From positions 1-64,000 of the IMG/VR virus record IMGVR_UViG_3300025520_000004: a stretch of DNA of 64,000 nucleotides. One strand, 5' to 3'. Made by a program: the position numbers and the translations under genes. How positions within the stretch are numbered: the stretch's first letter is position 1; every line of letters starts with the position of its first letter. This DNA comes from a virus. Below, one piece after another: positions 46,792-56,697 of this stretch. Below the pieces are notes generated by a model. That model had not been told where the DNA came from, did no database searches, and saw only the letters and a list, made by a program, of their open reading frames with translations.

Positions 46792-49365
46792 ATGAATCAA
46801 AATCTTGCAATCATATTAAATTTCCTTAAAGCGAGCAAAGGCTCACAGGGAACGAATGTAAAATACTACAAGCGAGAACCAAGAGCGAAAGGTGGTTATC
46901 GTTATTGGTACACAAAAGAAGCGTATGATCGAGATCACAAAAAACAAGAACCGAAAAAGGAAGGCCAGAAAGAGCCTTCTATTTGGAGCAAGGTTGCAAG
47001 TTTTTTCGGAGTCAAGCCGACGGAAATCAATGCAAAGATTGAATCGGAATACAAAGAGAACTTGGATGCAATAACTAAGGAAGTTGGACCCGTCTCAAAA
47101 CAGGATTTCTCCTCTCACCTAGCAGAATATTTAGCAAACAAAACCAAATGGGATACAAAATTTAAGGCAAAAAAAAACGAGACTACAAAAGAAACTGCTG
47201 AACCAAAAGAAGAGATTGGTGACGACATCGATGTCGTCACCAAAGAGAAACAGGAAAAAACTCCAAAGGAAAAGGTCAAAGAGCAGGCAGATAAATTTCA
47301 GGATGGGAAAAAATGGAATCTGAAGCTCATGCAATTCATTGCAAGTAAGTATACTGATTCAAAAGAGAAACATGGGGAAGGATCCTCTCAAGAAATTGTA
47401 AATAATTTGGAGAAACTTGGATTCACCAAAGAGCAAATTTCAGAAGTAGAAAACGCAACAAAATACAAATACCTTTCACAAAGTGGCAAGGAAGTGAGTT
47501 TTTATTATAAACCTACTGAAGATAAATGGATTTGGTCTCAAGGAACGGGAACTGAAAAATTTTATTCCGAAAAAGATCCAAAACAAGTTTTGTCACAGGC
47601 AAAGCTCTCTATTGAAAGTCTCGGAGAGCAAGGTATTTCCAATTGGAGCGAAATCCCAAAATCCAAAAAAGATGAATTGGGTAAATTGCTGGATAGTTTG
47701 AAAAAGAATTCCAGCTTACCTAAATCCCAAACTGATACTAAGGAACTATCCAAATTAGTCAACGAGCAGGACCCGATTGAAGCTAAAATTGCTCAATCCT
47801 GGAATAAAATTGATACCATTCGGAAGGATAAAAGCCTCAGTGAGGATGAGTTTAGGACGGAAATTGAAAAAGCCCGTTCTGAATTAAGATCTGCAATGAA
47901 AGAAAAACAGGTGCGTGATGGTTTCAAAACACTTAGCGATCTAGAGAAAGTCGCATTTGAAGCTTTATACAAGGTAGATGCACCTGACACATTTCCAGTT
48001 GATGCTAAAGGGAACGTAGACAAGAAAGCAATTTCGAATTACGTCAAAGAAAAACAAGCACTCGATCCTGATGCACGTTCCAAAGCAATGAAAGGGAATG
48101 ATAATGCTAAGAAAGATGGTGCAATAAAAGCAATTTCTGAAATTAAAAAAAAAAGCCCTAAGCTAAGATCGCAAGCACTTCGCATTTCTGGAGACAAACA
48201 TGTCTATCGACAATCTGTGTCCGGGAAGACTTCAAATAAATTACAAGAAGTTCCTGCTTCAGATATCTCTACAATTGAGCAATACACTGACGAAAAAAAT
48301 TATAATCGAAAAGTTATTGAAGGAATCAAATCATCAATTCTTGCCAAAGGATTCGATCCTGGTTCTCCAATTAAAGTTGATAGAGATAAAAACGGTCAAA
48401 TGACAGTCGTCGATGGGCATCATCGTTTCACAGCCGTAAAAGAACTTATTTCGGAAGCAAAACTTCCAAAAGATACCCCAATCTATGTAATTGAGGAAAA
48501 ATACAATTCTGAATCTGATCGTTTACTCGCTCAGGTCTCAGCGAACAAAAACAAGCGTGAAGTGGAGCGGTTGGATGATGCAAAAGCCTACGCGAAACTT
48601 ATAGAGCAAGGAAAGTCTGTACAAGAAATTTCAGAAAGAACAGGAGAGTCTACGGAATATGTCAAAGGAACCATTGCACTCAACAATTTAATTCCAGAAC
48701 TTAAAGACCTTCTACGAACCGATGCAAAAAAGAACATCCGTACATCGGATAAAGCAAACGATGGATCCAAAGAGAAAAGGGAATCGATTCCTGAGTCATT
48801 GGCAATCGTTATCGCAAAAAACGGGATCGATGAAGGAGGAAAGCCCTCACCTACTATCCAAAGAAAGGCGTTCTCATGGTACAATCAAAACAAAGGCAAA
48901 GGAATTTCACCTAACCAAGTTAAGTCGTATATTGATAGTCTCAAAGCACAGAATTTTTCTTTCGGGAACGTGGACTCTGCCGGTAGATCTGACGTAGAAC
49001 AGGAGGCTGTGAAATTTGCAGGTGGCGAGGACAATGCGAAGGCAAATTCGGCAGGCTTCGAAAACTTACTAACGGCAATTCAAAAACCTATTCAGAAATT
49101 CCTTGGTGATACAATTACGGATCTCAATGAAGGAAGAGCGAAAGAACTAGCTGCTTCAATAATTGCAACGAAAGGTGAGAGTGCACTGGAAACAGAACTT
49201 GCAAGGCTATCTGATGCACTCAATAATATTGCTGCTTTTAGAGATTCATTGAAAAAGAAATTCGGCGAAATAAAAGCAGATTCCCAAACCCCGGATATGT
49301 TCGCATTCAAAAGCTCGATTGGAACTTTCCTCAATGCTCTGAAAAATAAAAATCAGGTTTGTTAA
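46792..49365 (+). CDS. Large virion-module protein with ParB-like nuclease domain
   Basis: MTVVDGHHRFTAVKEL (ParB/Srx DGHHR core). N-terminal 50 aa homologous to the DarB-like protein. Confidence 0.7.
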   Translation: MNQNLAIILNFLKASKGSQGTNVKYYKREPRAKGGYRYWYTKEAYDRDHKKQEPKKEGQKEPSIWSKVASFFGVKPTEINAKIESEYKENLDAITKEVGPVSKQDFSSHLAEYLANKTKWDTKFKAKKNETTKETAEPKEEIGDDIDVVTKEKQEKTPKEKVKEQADKFQDGKKWNLKLMQFIASKYTDSKEKHGEGSSQEIVNNLEKLGFTKEQISEVENATKYKYLSQSGKEVSFYYKPTEDKWIWSQGTGTEKFYSEKDPKQVLSQAKLSIESLGEQGISNWSEIPKSKKDELGKLLDSLKKNSSLPKSQTDTKELSKLVNEQDPIEAKIAQSWNKIDTIRKDKSLSEDEFRTEIEKARSELRSAMKEKQVRDGFKTLSDLEKVAFEALYKVDAPDTFPVDAKGNVDKKAISNYVKEKQALDPDARSKAMKGNDNAKKDGAIKAISEIKKKSPKLRSQALRISGDKHVYRQSVSGKTSNKLQEVPASDISTIEQYTDEKNYNRKVIEGIKSSILAKGFDPGSPIKVDRDKNGQMTVVDGHHRFTAVKELISEAKLPKDTPIYVIEEKYNSESDRLLAQVSANKNKREVERLDDAKAYAKLIEQGKSVQEISERTGESTEYVKGTIALNNLIPELKDLLRTDAKKNIRTSDKANDGSKEKRESIPESLAIVIAKNGIDEGGKPSPTIQRKAFSWYNQNKGKGISPNQVKSYIDSLKAQNFSFGNVDSAGRSDVEQEAVKFAGGEDNAKANSAGFENLLTAIQKPIQKFLGDTITDLNEGRAKELAASIIATKGESALETELARLSDALNNIAAFRDSLKKKFGEIKADSQTPDMFAFKSSIGTFLNALKNKNQVC

Positions 49366-49366
49366 A

Positions 49367-50125
49367 GTGAGTATTTCCAATGTGTTATCGCAGATCAAAA
49401 AGAGACCTGAAAATTTCCCTCGGTATTTTTCAGTTCTCCGAGAAGCTGCGGAAAAAATCCAGTCTCGATGGCTCTTCATGGCAGGCGAACGAGCGAAACT
49501 TGGAGTTAAAGCAGGAGGATTAGGTTGGTGGGGAGTTCAGTATCTTAGTAGAGGTCAGATACAAATCGAACAACAAGGTATTGGATATAAAATATTTTAT
49601 TCAAAAGGAACTGGGAACTACGATGTTGAAAAAATTGCCGAGAACGGTAGAGGTGCTTTTGACATTGTTCAAAGCCTGTTGAATAATTCAAAGAAAGTCA
49701 GAATTTCTAAAGGTGGGAAAAAATATTTAATTGTTCCCATGGCATCTAACGAAAGCCAAGCGGACGTAGTCATGAAAATTATTGGGAGTCACAAGGAAGA
49801 GTCTCCAAATGGCGGATTTGTAACTCGGAATAGATATAGCTATACCAAGCTAACAGACAAAAAGAAAGGAACTAAAACATTCCAATTTTCTCAAACTCAA
49901 GAGAGAGGTGGAAGCAGTAGTTCAAATCATAATTTGATAATGGTGACTTCGGATTCACAATGGAAGCCGTATCCTGAAATCAAGGGACAGAAATTTTCTT
50001 CCAAAATGCAAAAGGTTGCAGATCAGATGCTTACGAGCGAACCCTTTCTCAAGGCACTTGCCGAGGCTATTATCATCGATCTTCAAGAGAATAGAATAAA
50101 GGCTCAAAAGGAAAAACGGAAATGA
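49367..50125 (+). CDS. Hypothetical virion-module protein
   Basis: GTG start 1 nt after the previous stop. Confidence 0.45.
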   Translation: MSISNVLSQIKKRPENFPRYFSVLREAAEKIQSRWLFMAGERAKLGVKAGGLGWWGVQYLSRGQIQIEQQGIGYKIFYSKGTGNYDVEKIAENGRGAFDIVQSLLNNSKKVRISKGGKKYLIVPMASNESQADVVMKIIGSHKEESPNGGFVTRNRYSYTKLTDKKKGTKTFQFSQTQERGGSSSSNHNLIMVTSDSQWKPYPEIKGQKFSSKMQKVADQMLTSEPFLKALAEAIIIDLQENRIKAQKEKRK

Positions 50126-50898
50126 TATTATCAATGTGGCAATTGGATCCTGAATTTCGAATTATTCAAGAATTGAAAGCACTATACTTAGAGACTGGTT
50201 TGGGAGATAGGGGCATTTCTTGTGATAAAATTGTTCACCCGGGTCATCCGCTGTATTCAATCGCTTCTGTCCCTTCCGGGGAAGGGGCCAAAGATTCTGA
50301 TTCATTTTTCCCAAAAGTTGGAGTGGAATGGTCAGATGATGAACCTTCCGATGATTTAGGTGGGAATTACAGAATTTTCCCTTTTGATTCTCAGATAAAA
50401 AACAAAATTATCGCATATAAAAATAAAAAAGATTCTGAATACGAACATTTTGGATACAAACAATTTGATAAGATTCTAAAATCAACTAACTTTGGTATAG
50501 TGGAATCTTACACCTCACATATCGTTTCAAATGTAAACATATCTGGTTGGGGAGGAAGCGGCAATAATGGAAGGAAAACTGCCCAAGAATTATATAAGGC
50601 GACAATGTCTGTCCTTCCTTTTCTCAAACACAACATACAAAAGAAATTTAAGGCTTCAGTAAGTCTTGAAGGTAAACCTGCTCTTAACGTAGAAGCTCCT
50701 CAAATCGGAAGAGGCGCATGGGGTTTCGAAGTAATGTTATCAGTAAGGCAAATCAAAAGAGAGTTTAGGTTTACTGAAGGAACTCTCATTGAAAAAGCTG
50801 ATGTTTACTTTGATGGAGTTGGCACTCTTCCTGGTAAAGAAAAGTTAGGAAAATCAAACGGAAACATGAATTTTCATCCTCTAAAATCAAAAATTTAG
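50122..50898 (+). CDS. Hypothetical virion-module protein
   Basis: 4-nt overlap with the previous gene. Confidence 0.45.
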   Translation: MILSMWQLDPEFRIIQELKALYLETGLGDRGISCDKIVHPGHPLYSIASVPSGEGAKDSDSFFPKVGVEWSDDEPSDDLGGNYRIFPFDSQIKNKIIAYKNKKDSEYEHFGYKQFDKILKSTNFGIVESYTSHIVSNVNISGWGGSGNNGRKTAQELYKATMSVLPFLKHNIQKKFKASVSLEGKPALNVEAPQIGRGAWGFEVMLSVRQIKREFRFTEGTLIEKADVYFDGVGTLPGKEKLGKSNGNMNFHPLKSKI

Positions 50899-50935
50899 TT
50901 GATAATTTTGGAGTCTAGTTCCTTTGTCACTTCCC
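50899..50935 (+). promoter_or_regulatory. Late element P6: TTGATA-N19-TTGTCACTTCCC, then ATG
   Basis: Member of the 7-copy motif. ATG at 50936, heading the tail block. Confidence 0.6.
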
Positions 50936-51187
50936 ATGCAAGGGACTCAAGATTCTAACGTCGAAACAAAGCAAAAAGCTACAAAAGTCGTGGATTCTTC
51001 ACCTAACAAAGAATTGGTAAAGGATCCAACTGCAAAATTCATTGAGTCCAAACCTGAACTTGCCCGTTATTCTATGGCGCAAGTATTCCGGGAGTTTTTG
51101 GTAAAGAACCATGGAAAGTTTAACGGTTTGAAGGCCAAAGATGATTACGAGAAAGCATTTCAGGAATTTTGGGGAGTGAAAAAGTAA
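50936..51187 (+). CDS. Small protein preceding the tail sheath gene
   Basis: Starts at the motif ATG. Abuts the sheath gene. Confidence 0.45.
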   Translation: MQGTQDSNVETKQKATKVVDSSPNKELVKDPTAKFIESKPELARYSMAQVFREFLVKNHGKFNGLKAKDDYEKAFQEFWGVKK

Positions 51188-52972
51188 ATGGGCGTTTTAG
51201 GAAAAGCATTCGAGGGACGTTCTTACGTTCGACCAGGTTCGAGAGGAAAATTTCGTGCTAAGGATCAAATCCCTGGCGATTCTGTTGATCTATTCACTCA
51301 ATTAATTATTGGGCAAGCCGACAATGGTGTAAATTGTAATGATACAAATTTACCAGATGACGAAAGATATTATATTTTTTACTCGTTCGATGAGGCGAAA
51401 AAAGTTCTAGGTGGTGGCGAACTTTTGGAAGCGATTATGCTTGCAGATACTCCATCTAGCGAAGATGATTTTGCGCCTGGACCACAACGATTCATAGCAC
51501 TCAATACAAGAGCAAATGTGGCTGCAAGTGCATCCATTCCTTCATTAAAATCAGGGCAATCTCATACTCTTACCTTCCCTATCCCTGGACCGAAAGGGAA
51601 AAAAGTTCGATTCCGTAAAACGGTAGCGACGAAACAAATTGAGATTGGTGATAACGAAGGTATTCTCACCTCCCCTGCTCTTGAACAAAAAGTTTTAACC
51701 ATATCTTATTCCGGAGATGCGACTTCTGCGATTCTTTCCGTTAATGGAACCGCTCTAATTGTAACCTTGGCAGGTCAAAATGATGGATCACTTTCACTTT
51801 CTGTTCCATTTGCTGACTATCCTACAGCTATTGAAGCTGTGGATTATATCAATTCTATCCCATTTTACACTGCGTCAATGATGTCCAATGCAACATTTTT
51901 GATGTCCAATTTGGATCATGTTGAAACAGAGGATGCAATTTCAGTAAAAAGTCCTGCTATTGCGACTGCCTATGCTGATTTGTTTGCTGAGAAGAATTGG
52001 ATTGAGTCTACAGGATTTGCAGTATTTACAACGGCCGCGACCGTTAAAAAACCTTTTGCAAACAATACAATATTCACTTACCTAACCACTGGTGGTACAA
52101 CAGGTACGGAAGGAGTTACTGCTGTTAAAGATGCGATTACATTTGCAAAGAAAATTCCTGCAATGTATCGTAATATTCTCGCATCCTCCTTATCTGACAA
52201 AGTGCATTTTAAAACCGCTTGCTACGATATGATTTCTCCGGATGGAGGGAAGGAAACGATTGGTGGTTGTGGTGGAGATTTGTCGTTATCTGTTGACGCA
52301 AGGCGTGAAGAAGCTCGCACTTTGGGCGTTTATTGGATGAACTACGGACTTGAGAAATTTGTGGCATTCGATCTTGCAGGAAATCAGAAAACTTATCCTG
52401 GTTATATGCTTTCTGTTTTAGATAATGCAATTTCCGCTGCAAACTCTCCTAGACATTCCCCAACCTGGAAAGCACTCAATATCCTAAAAAGTGCTGAAAA
52501 CCTCATCGATTCTGTTCGTGATGCGTCAATTCGGGATGGAGCATTAGTACTAACTAAAAATCCTGAGAATGGTGCAATGATCATCGAACGCTCCGTTACA
52601 ACGGAAAGAAAAGATAACCTGGTACTTAATGAGAAAAACAGTGTTGCGGTTGCCCTTACAATGGTACGTGAGCTAAGACAAGGATTCAATTCTCGATTTA
52701 TCGGTCGTTCCACGGTAGATGAAAATGCCAAAGTCCAAGGTGTGACAGTTGCAGATGTCCAAGGCTATGTCGAACAAAGGCTTCAATCATTTGTCGAGAA
52801 AGGATACTTGGTCGGATCCTCAAAACTTGGTGTAGATGCTTTTCTTCGGGACTTCATTATTGAAGTTGATGGAGACACATGGTTTTTCCGAAAGTTAGAT
52901 GGTATCGTTACTTCTCCCATAAATTTCATTTTCTACATTCTATCTCTTGATACTCTCAAAGGAAGTGCATAA
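51188..52972 (+). CDS. Tail sheath protein
   Basis: 594 aa, followed by a 149-aa tube-size protein, chaperone pair and tape measure. This is the canonical contractile-tail order. Confidence 0.65.
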   Translation: MGVLGKAFEGRSYVRPGSRGKFRAKDQIPGDSVDLFTQLIIGQADNGVNCNDTNLPDDERYYIFYSFDEAKKVLGGGELLEAIMLADTPSSEDDFAPGPQRFIALNTRANVAASASIPSLKSGQSHTLTFPIPGPKGKKVRFRKTVATKQIEIGDNEGILTSPALEQKVLTISYSGDATSAILSVNGTALIVTLAGQNDGSLSLSVPFADYPTAIEAVDYINSIPFYTASMMSNATFLMSNLDHVETEDAISVKSPAIATAYADLFAEKNWIESTGFAVFTTAATVKKPFANNTIFTYLTTGGTTGTEGVTAVKDAITFAKKIPAMYRNILASSLSDKVHFKTACYDMISPDGGKETIGGCGGDLSLSVDARREEARTLGVYWMNYGLEKFVAFDLAGNQKTYPGYMLSVLDNAISAANSPRHSPTWKALNILKSAENLIDSVRDASIRDGALVLTKNPENGAMIIERSVTTERKDNLVLNEKNSVAVALTMVRELRQGFNSRFIGRSTVDENAKVQGVTVADVQGYVEQRLQSFVEKGYLVGSSKLGVDAFLRDFIIEVDGDTWFFRKLDGIVTSPINFIFYILSLDTLKGSA

Positions 52973-52975
52973 GCC

Positions 52976-53425
52976 ATGCCAGATATCTCAATTGGTGACA
53001 TACCAGATACTTCGATCCTAGTTGGATCCAATGCTCAAGTCTACATAGATGGAAAACTTGCTGCTTATGTGGATGATATAGATGTCGATGAAAACTATAA
53101 CCAAACTGACATTCGTGCAATTGGTGATTTTTTCCCGAAGGATACAAAAGCATTATTCTTTGATGGCTCATTTTCTGGAAAAATGTGGGTTATCACGGAT
53201 GAAAAAGATCCTGGCTCTATTGTAAAGTCTCTCCCTGATTTAACTAATATCTTAACTAAAAAAGGGAATTTGTGGGAATTTAGGGAAAAAAGTACCGGGA
53301 AACGAATTATGCGTTGCGTAGCAAAACTCAATACTCGCAGAACAAATATTTCAACTACACAACCAAGTGTTAGAAATGTTTCCTTTAAGATAATTCGAAT
53401 TCAACACATGGAAGGTGATAACTAG
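52976..53425 (+). CDS. Tail tube protein
   Basis: Size and position. Confidence 0.6.
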   Translation: MPDISIGDIPDTSILVGSNAQVYIDGKLAAYVDDIDVDENYNQTDIRAIGDFFPKDTKALFFDGSFSGKMWVITDEKDPGSIVKSLPDLTNILTKKGNLWEFREKSTGKRIMRCVAKLNTRRTNISTTQPSVRNVSFKIIRIQHMEGDN

Positions 53426-53427
53426 GT

Positions 53428-53862
53428 ATGGGTCTATTTCCTGGGGTCGAAAGAGAATTCCAATTTGAAGTTGATGGTCATAAATTCGGAGGAAGATTCC
53501 CTCTTCCTTCAGATCGACGTAATATAGACATCCTCATTTCACGTAGATTAGGTGGTGTTTCACTCGATTCAATCCCAAACCAAACTTATACATCGGAATA
53601 TGTTTTTGTGACTTTGAACTATACAATTTCTGATAGACCTTCAGAATTAGAAGGCTTAGATTTTGCGGATATTCCCGATGAAAATTTTACAGTTTCTGTT
53701 TGGAAAGAGTATTCGAAGCTAGAAAAGGCCTACCAAGCGGGTCTAAAAAAAAATAACCGAACCGTTGTATCTTCAAAGGCTTCTGGAAAACAACCTAGAC
53801 AGTCTACTAAATCTGTATCTTCTAAAAGAGTTCCGGATATTGCCGAGAGGGTACCAGACTAG
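53428..53862 (+). CDS. Tail assembly chaperone (G-like)
   Basis: Position directly upstream of the tape measure. Overlapped by a second ORF in the +1 frame. Confidence 0.6.
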   Translation: MGLFPGVEREFQFEVDGHKFGGRFPLPSDRRNIDILISRRLGGVSLDSIPNQTYTSEYVFVTLNYTISDRPSELEGLDFADIPDENFTVSVWKEYSKLEKAYQAGLKKNNRTVVSSKASGKQPRQSTKSVSSKRVPDIAERVPD

Positions 53863-54103
53863 CGAGGATTTCCAAACAGAGGAAAAACTTGCAATATTCC
53901 TTGCGGAATCCGTTCGTCCCGACTTTGAACAAATTCAAAAGTATATGGGCACAAAAACAAAAATCGAAGAACTCGAGAAGCGGCCCTTATCTCATTGGAT
54001 AGATAAGGGTATAAGCCAGCTTCCAAAAGCAGACCAAGAACGGATTGCTCGATCCAAACGGGCGAGCGAGATCGCAGAACTAAAACAACTGATAGGTGAA
54101 TAA
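53428..54103 (+). CDS. Predicted frameshift fusion chaperone (GT-like)
   Basis: The +1 frame is open from 53747 to 54103. An A9 run at 53745-53753 sits at the entry point. Confidence 0.45.
53745..53753 (+). promoter_or_regulatory. A9 slippery or transcriptional-slippage run
   Basis: cta aaa aaa aat in frame 0. The -1 frame hits TAA at once. The +1 frame is open. Confidence 0.45.
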
Positions 54104-54106
54104 GCC

Positions 54107-55816
54107 ATGGCTGAAGTACTCATTGATATAGACAGTATCGCATCGAAACTAGCGCAAAAATTAGGACCAGAAATAGTCTCTGAAATTTCCAAACGCCAAA
54201 AAGGTGCTGGTGGAGGTTCAGGAAGTGGAAATAGGAAGACAGGCGGAAGTTCTGGCGGAGGTGAGAAACCAAAGAAAAAGGAACTTACTGAAAACCAAAA
54301 ACGAACCCAATCGCTTGGAGAGGGATATCAGGCCGGTGCAGACGCAAGTCCTCTTGACCAAGATTCTTCAGAATTGCGATCAGGTCGATTCTCAGGTATT
54401 ATCAATCGGAAAATTCAATCAGCCAGAAAAATCAAAGACACAACTAAGAATGAATGGGATAAATATAAAATCAAAACAGGGAAATCCGATAAGGATGATG
54501 GAAACTCAGAAGATAATGGTCATGGGTTAGGAGTCGGAGCACCATCACCTAACGCCAAATCGAAATACAACATTCTTGAAGTTAAAGAAGCAAGGATTAT
54601 GAATCTATACTTGAAAGGAGGCTTTGGTGGATCTGGTGCATTTGGTGGAGGTGTCGGAATACCTGGTCGAGGTGGTGGAACAGGGTCTTCTCCGAATGTA
54701 CCTGAAGGTGAAAATACTCAAACTAAAACAATGGGTCGAGTTGCAGGGATTGTCGCACCAGCTTTAATGGGGGTTGGTGCGCTTGCCGGTTTCACGTTGA
54801 ATACTATCTCAACTATGGCAGGTATGAACCAACAAGTCAAACAAGCACAAGAAGGAACAAATGCAGCATATGGGGGTATTGCTACTGGGGGTGGAGGTTT
54901 GATGCGGAACCCAGAAGTCGCACAAATGTCAATTGCAAGAGCAAGAGTTCTTGGAGGCGATGCCAGAGGACACAACTTAGAGAACTCTGGTAGTTTATTG
55001 GGAGCACAGTTTGGCGTAACTCAAGGGATCGGCGGAACTGCCGGAGCAGAGATGTTTGCGAAATTAAATAAATTCGGTGGATTTCAGGAGAATGAATCTG
55101 CACTTAAAAAAATTATGGCCGATGGAATCCGTTCTGGATTTGGAGGACTAAGACAAGCTGAGTTTCTACAACAGGTATCGGGAATTTCTGAAAATGCCTA
55201 TAATTCAGGGATGGGAATTCAATCTGCGGAGCAGGTTGCCGGATCTCTTTCCAATTTAAAGGATGCAGGTGTAAGAGATAATCGAATAAGTTCTGTATAT
55301 AATGCTATGAACGAAAACATGACGAAAGATGGAGGGCAAATGAATTCAATGTTAGTTGCTCACCATATGCAACAGAATGGCGGGGATTATTTAGCAGCAA
55401 TGGCAGCAGCAGAGGAAGGTATGGGCTCCCGTGCAAATACTGCAGCTATTAATCAAATGACACAAGGAATGGATCCAAAAACAAAAGCTATTTGGCTAAA
55501 AAAGCAAGGGGTAATCACAGCTACCGAAGGACAGAATTCTGTTCAATTAGGAAAAGATATACTCGATGTCAGCCAGTCCACTTCTAATATTGCAAATGAG
55601 GGTGCAATAGCTGCAGATCGAGTTAGTGGGTATAATGGCCAAACTCATATTTCACACGCAAATAAACTTGATGAAATGGCCATCACAGATGTTTTCGATA
55701 AAGCAAACCAAATTCAAAATAAAATATTTGATGGTATGATGAAAATGGCTGATCATCTCGACGAGCAGTATAAAAGCATAAAAGCCAAGGCTGCAAAGAT
55801 TGGAATAAATTTATAG
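54107..55816 (+). CDS. Tape measure protein
   Basis: Gly-rich N-terminal region, hydrophobic segment VAGIVAPALMGVGALAGFTL, and position after the chaperones. Confidence 0.7.
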   Translation: MAEVLIDIDSIASKLAQKLGPEIVSEISKRQKGAGGGSGSGNRKTGGSSGGGEKPKKKELTENQKRTQSLGEGYQAGADASPLDQDSSELRSGRFSGIINRKIQSARKIKDTTKNEWDKYKIKTGKSDKDDGNSEDNGHGLGVGAPSPNAKSKYNILEVKEARIMNLYLKGGFGGSGAFGGGVGIPGRGGGTGSSPNVPEGENTQTKTMGRVAGIVAPALMGVGALAGFTLNTISTMAGMNQQVKQAQEGTNAAYGGIATGGGGLMRNPEVAQMSIARARVLGGDARGHNLENSGSLLGAQFGVTQGIGGTAGAEMFAKLNKFGGFQENESALKKIMADGIRSGFGGLRQAEFLQQVSGISENAYNSGMGIQSAEQVAGSLSNLKDAGVRDNRISSVYNAMNENMTKDGGQMNSMLVAHHMQQNGGDYLAAMAAAEEGMGSRANTAAINQMTQGMDPKTKAIWLKKQGVITATEGQNSVQLGKDILDVSQSTSNIANEGAIAADRVSGYNGQTHISHANKLDEMAITDVFDKANQIQNKIFDGMMKMADHLDEQYKSIKAKAAKIGINL

Positions 55817-55831
55817 GTCAAATTTCAATAA

Positions 55832-56416
55832 TCAGTTTTCGTCAATTTTGAAAACAGATTCTAAATTATTAATTTTTGCAGTTACTCGTAATCCGTCAAA
55901 ACTATCATAAAAATATAGATCATCGAATCTAGGTTTCGGAATTTGAAAAGTCCCATTAATAGAGAAATCTCCTTTCCCATGTGTTTCATCTTCAAGCTTT
56001 TCATATAATGCCAAATTAGTTAGCTGGTGTTTAGGGCATCTATTCTTATCGCCTTGGTAACATATAGAAAAAGATCCAGCATTCTTATAATATTTCTTTT
56101 CGCTGGCAAATTCATTTTTCATTTCATCTGTAAATTTAATATCCAAGCACTGAATCACATATTCAGGAAGTCTTCCCCTTCTCTTTATGACTCTCAAATT
56201 TTCGTCTGGTATGATTTGCGTTCCAATAGTAATAAAAGTTTTAAGTTTTGTTTCGACTTCACCTTGCAGTCGTTCCCCTTTCACAGTGAGCCCTTTTTGT
56301 TTCAGGTCAGCTGCTTCCTTCCCCTGCGCTATCACTTCGCAAAACGCTTTGTTATCCAGGGTTTTGGCGGAGAGGGAGAAAGTTAAAATTAAAGAAAGGA
56401 AAACTATTCTGATCAT
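55832..56416 (-). CDS. Secreted protein (moron)
   Basis: Signal peptide MIRIVFLSLILTFSLSA. Confidence 0.45.
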   Translation of the reverse strand: MIRIVFLSLILTFSLSAKTLDNKAFCEVIAQGKEAADLKQKGLTVKGERLQGEVETKLKTFITIGTQIIPDENLRVIKRRGRLPEYVIQCLDIKFTDEMKNEFASEKKYYKNAGSFSICYQGDKNRCPKHQLTNLALYEKLEDETHGKGDFSINGTFQIPKPRFDDLYFYDSFDGLRVTAKINNLESVFKIDEN

Positions 56417-56447
56417 TGCCTAATCTAGACGTAGGCGGTAATGCTTG

Positions 56448-56696
56448 TCAAGGTTTTTGGGTCTGGGCAAATTCTATGAAAACTTTTTCGCAGTCATCGA
56501 TTTTAGATTTCCATTGAGAGAGAAAACTTTTATGAATCTTTGTATTTGTATTTTCTCTTCTTGGAATTTTCAGTAATTCAATCAAGATACCATTTCTTTG
56601 TATCTGGAAAATCGTCCATTGTTCTTTATTTAATATGGTTACACCTTTGCTATTCGCATATTCAACTATTTCTTTTAGAGCGTCTTGAAATAACAT
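56448..56696 (-). CDS. Hypothetical small protein
   Basis: Its start is separated from the stop of the 179-aa gene by a single base. Confidence 0.4.
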   Translation of the reverse strand: MLFQDALKEIVEYANSKGVTILNKEQWTIFQIQRNGILIELLKIPRRENTNTKIHKSFLSQWKSKIDDCEKVFIEFAQTQKP

Positions 56697-56697
56697 T

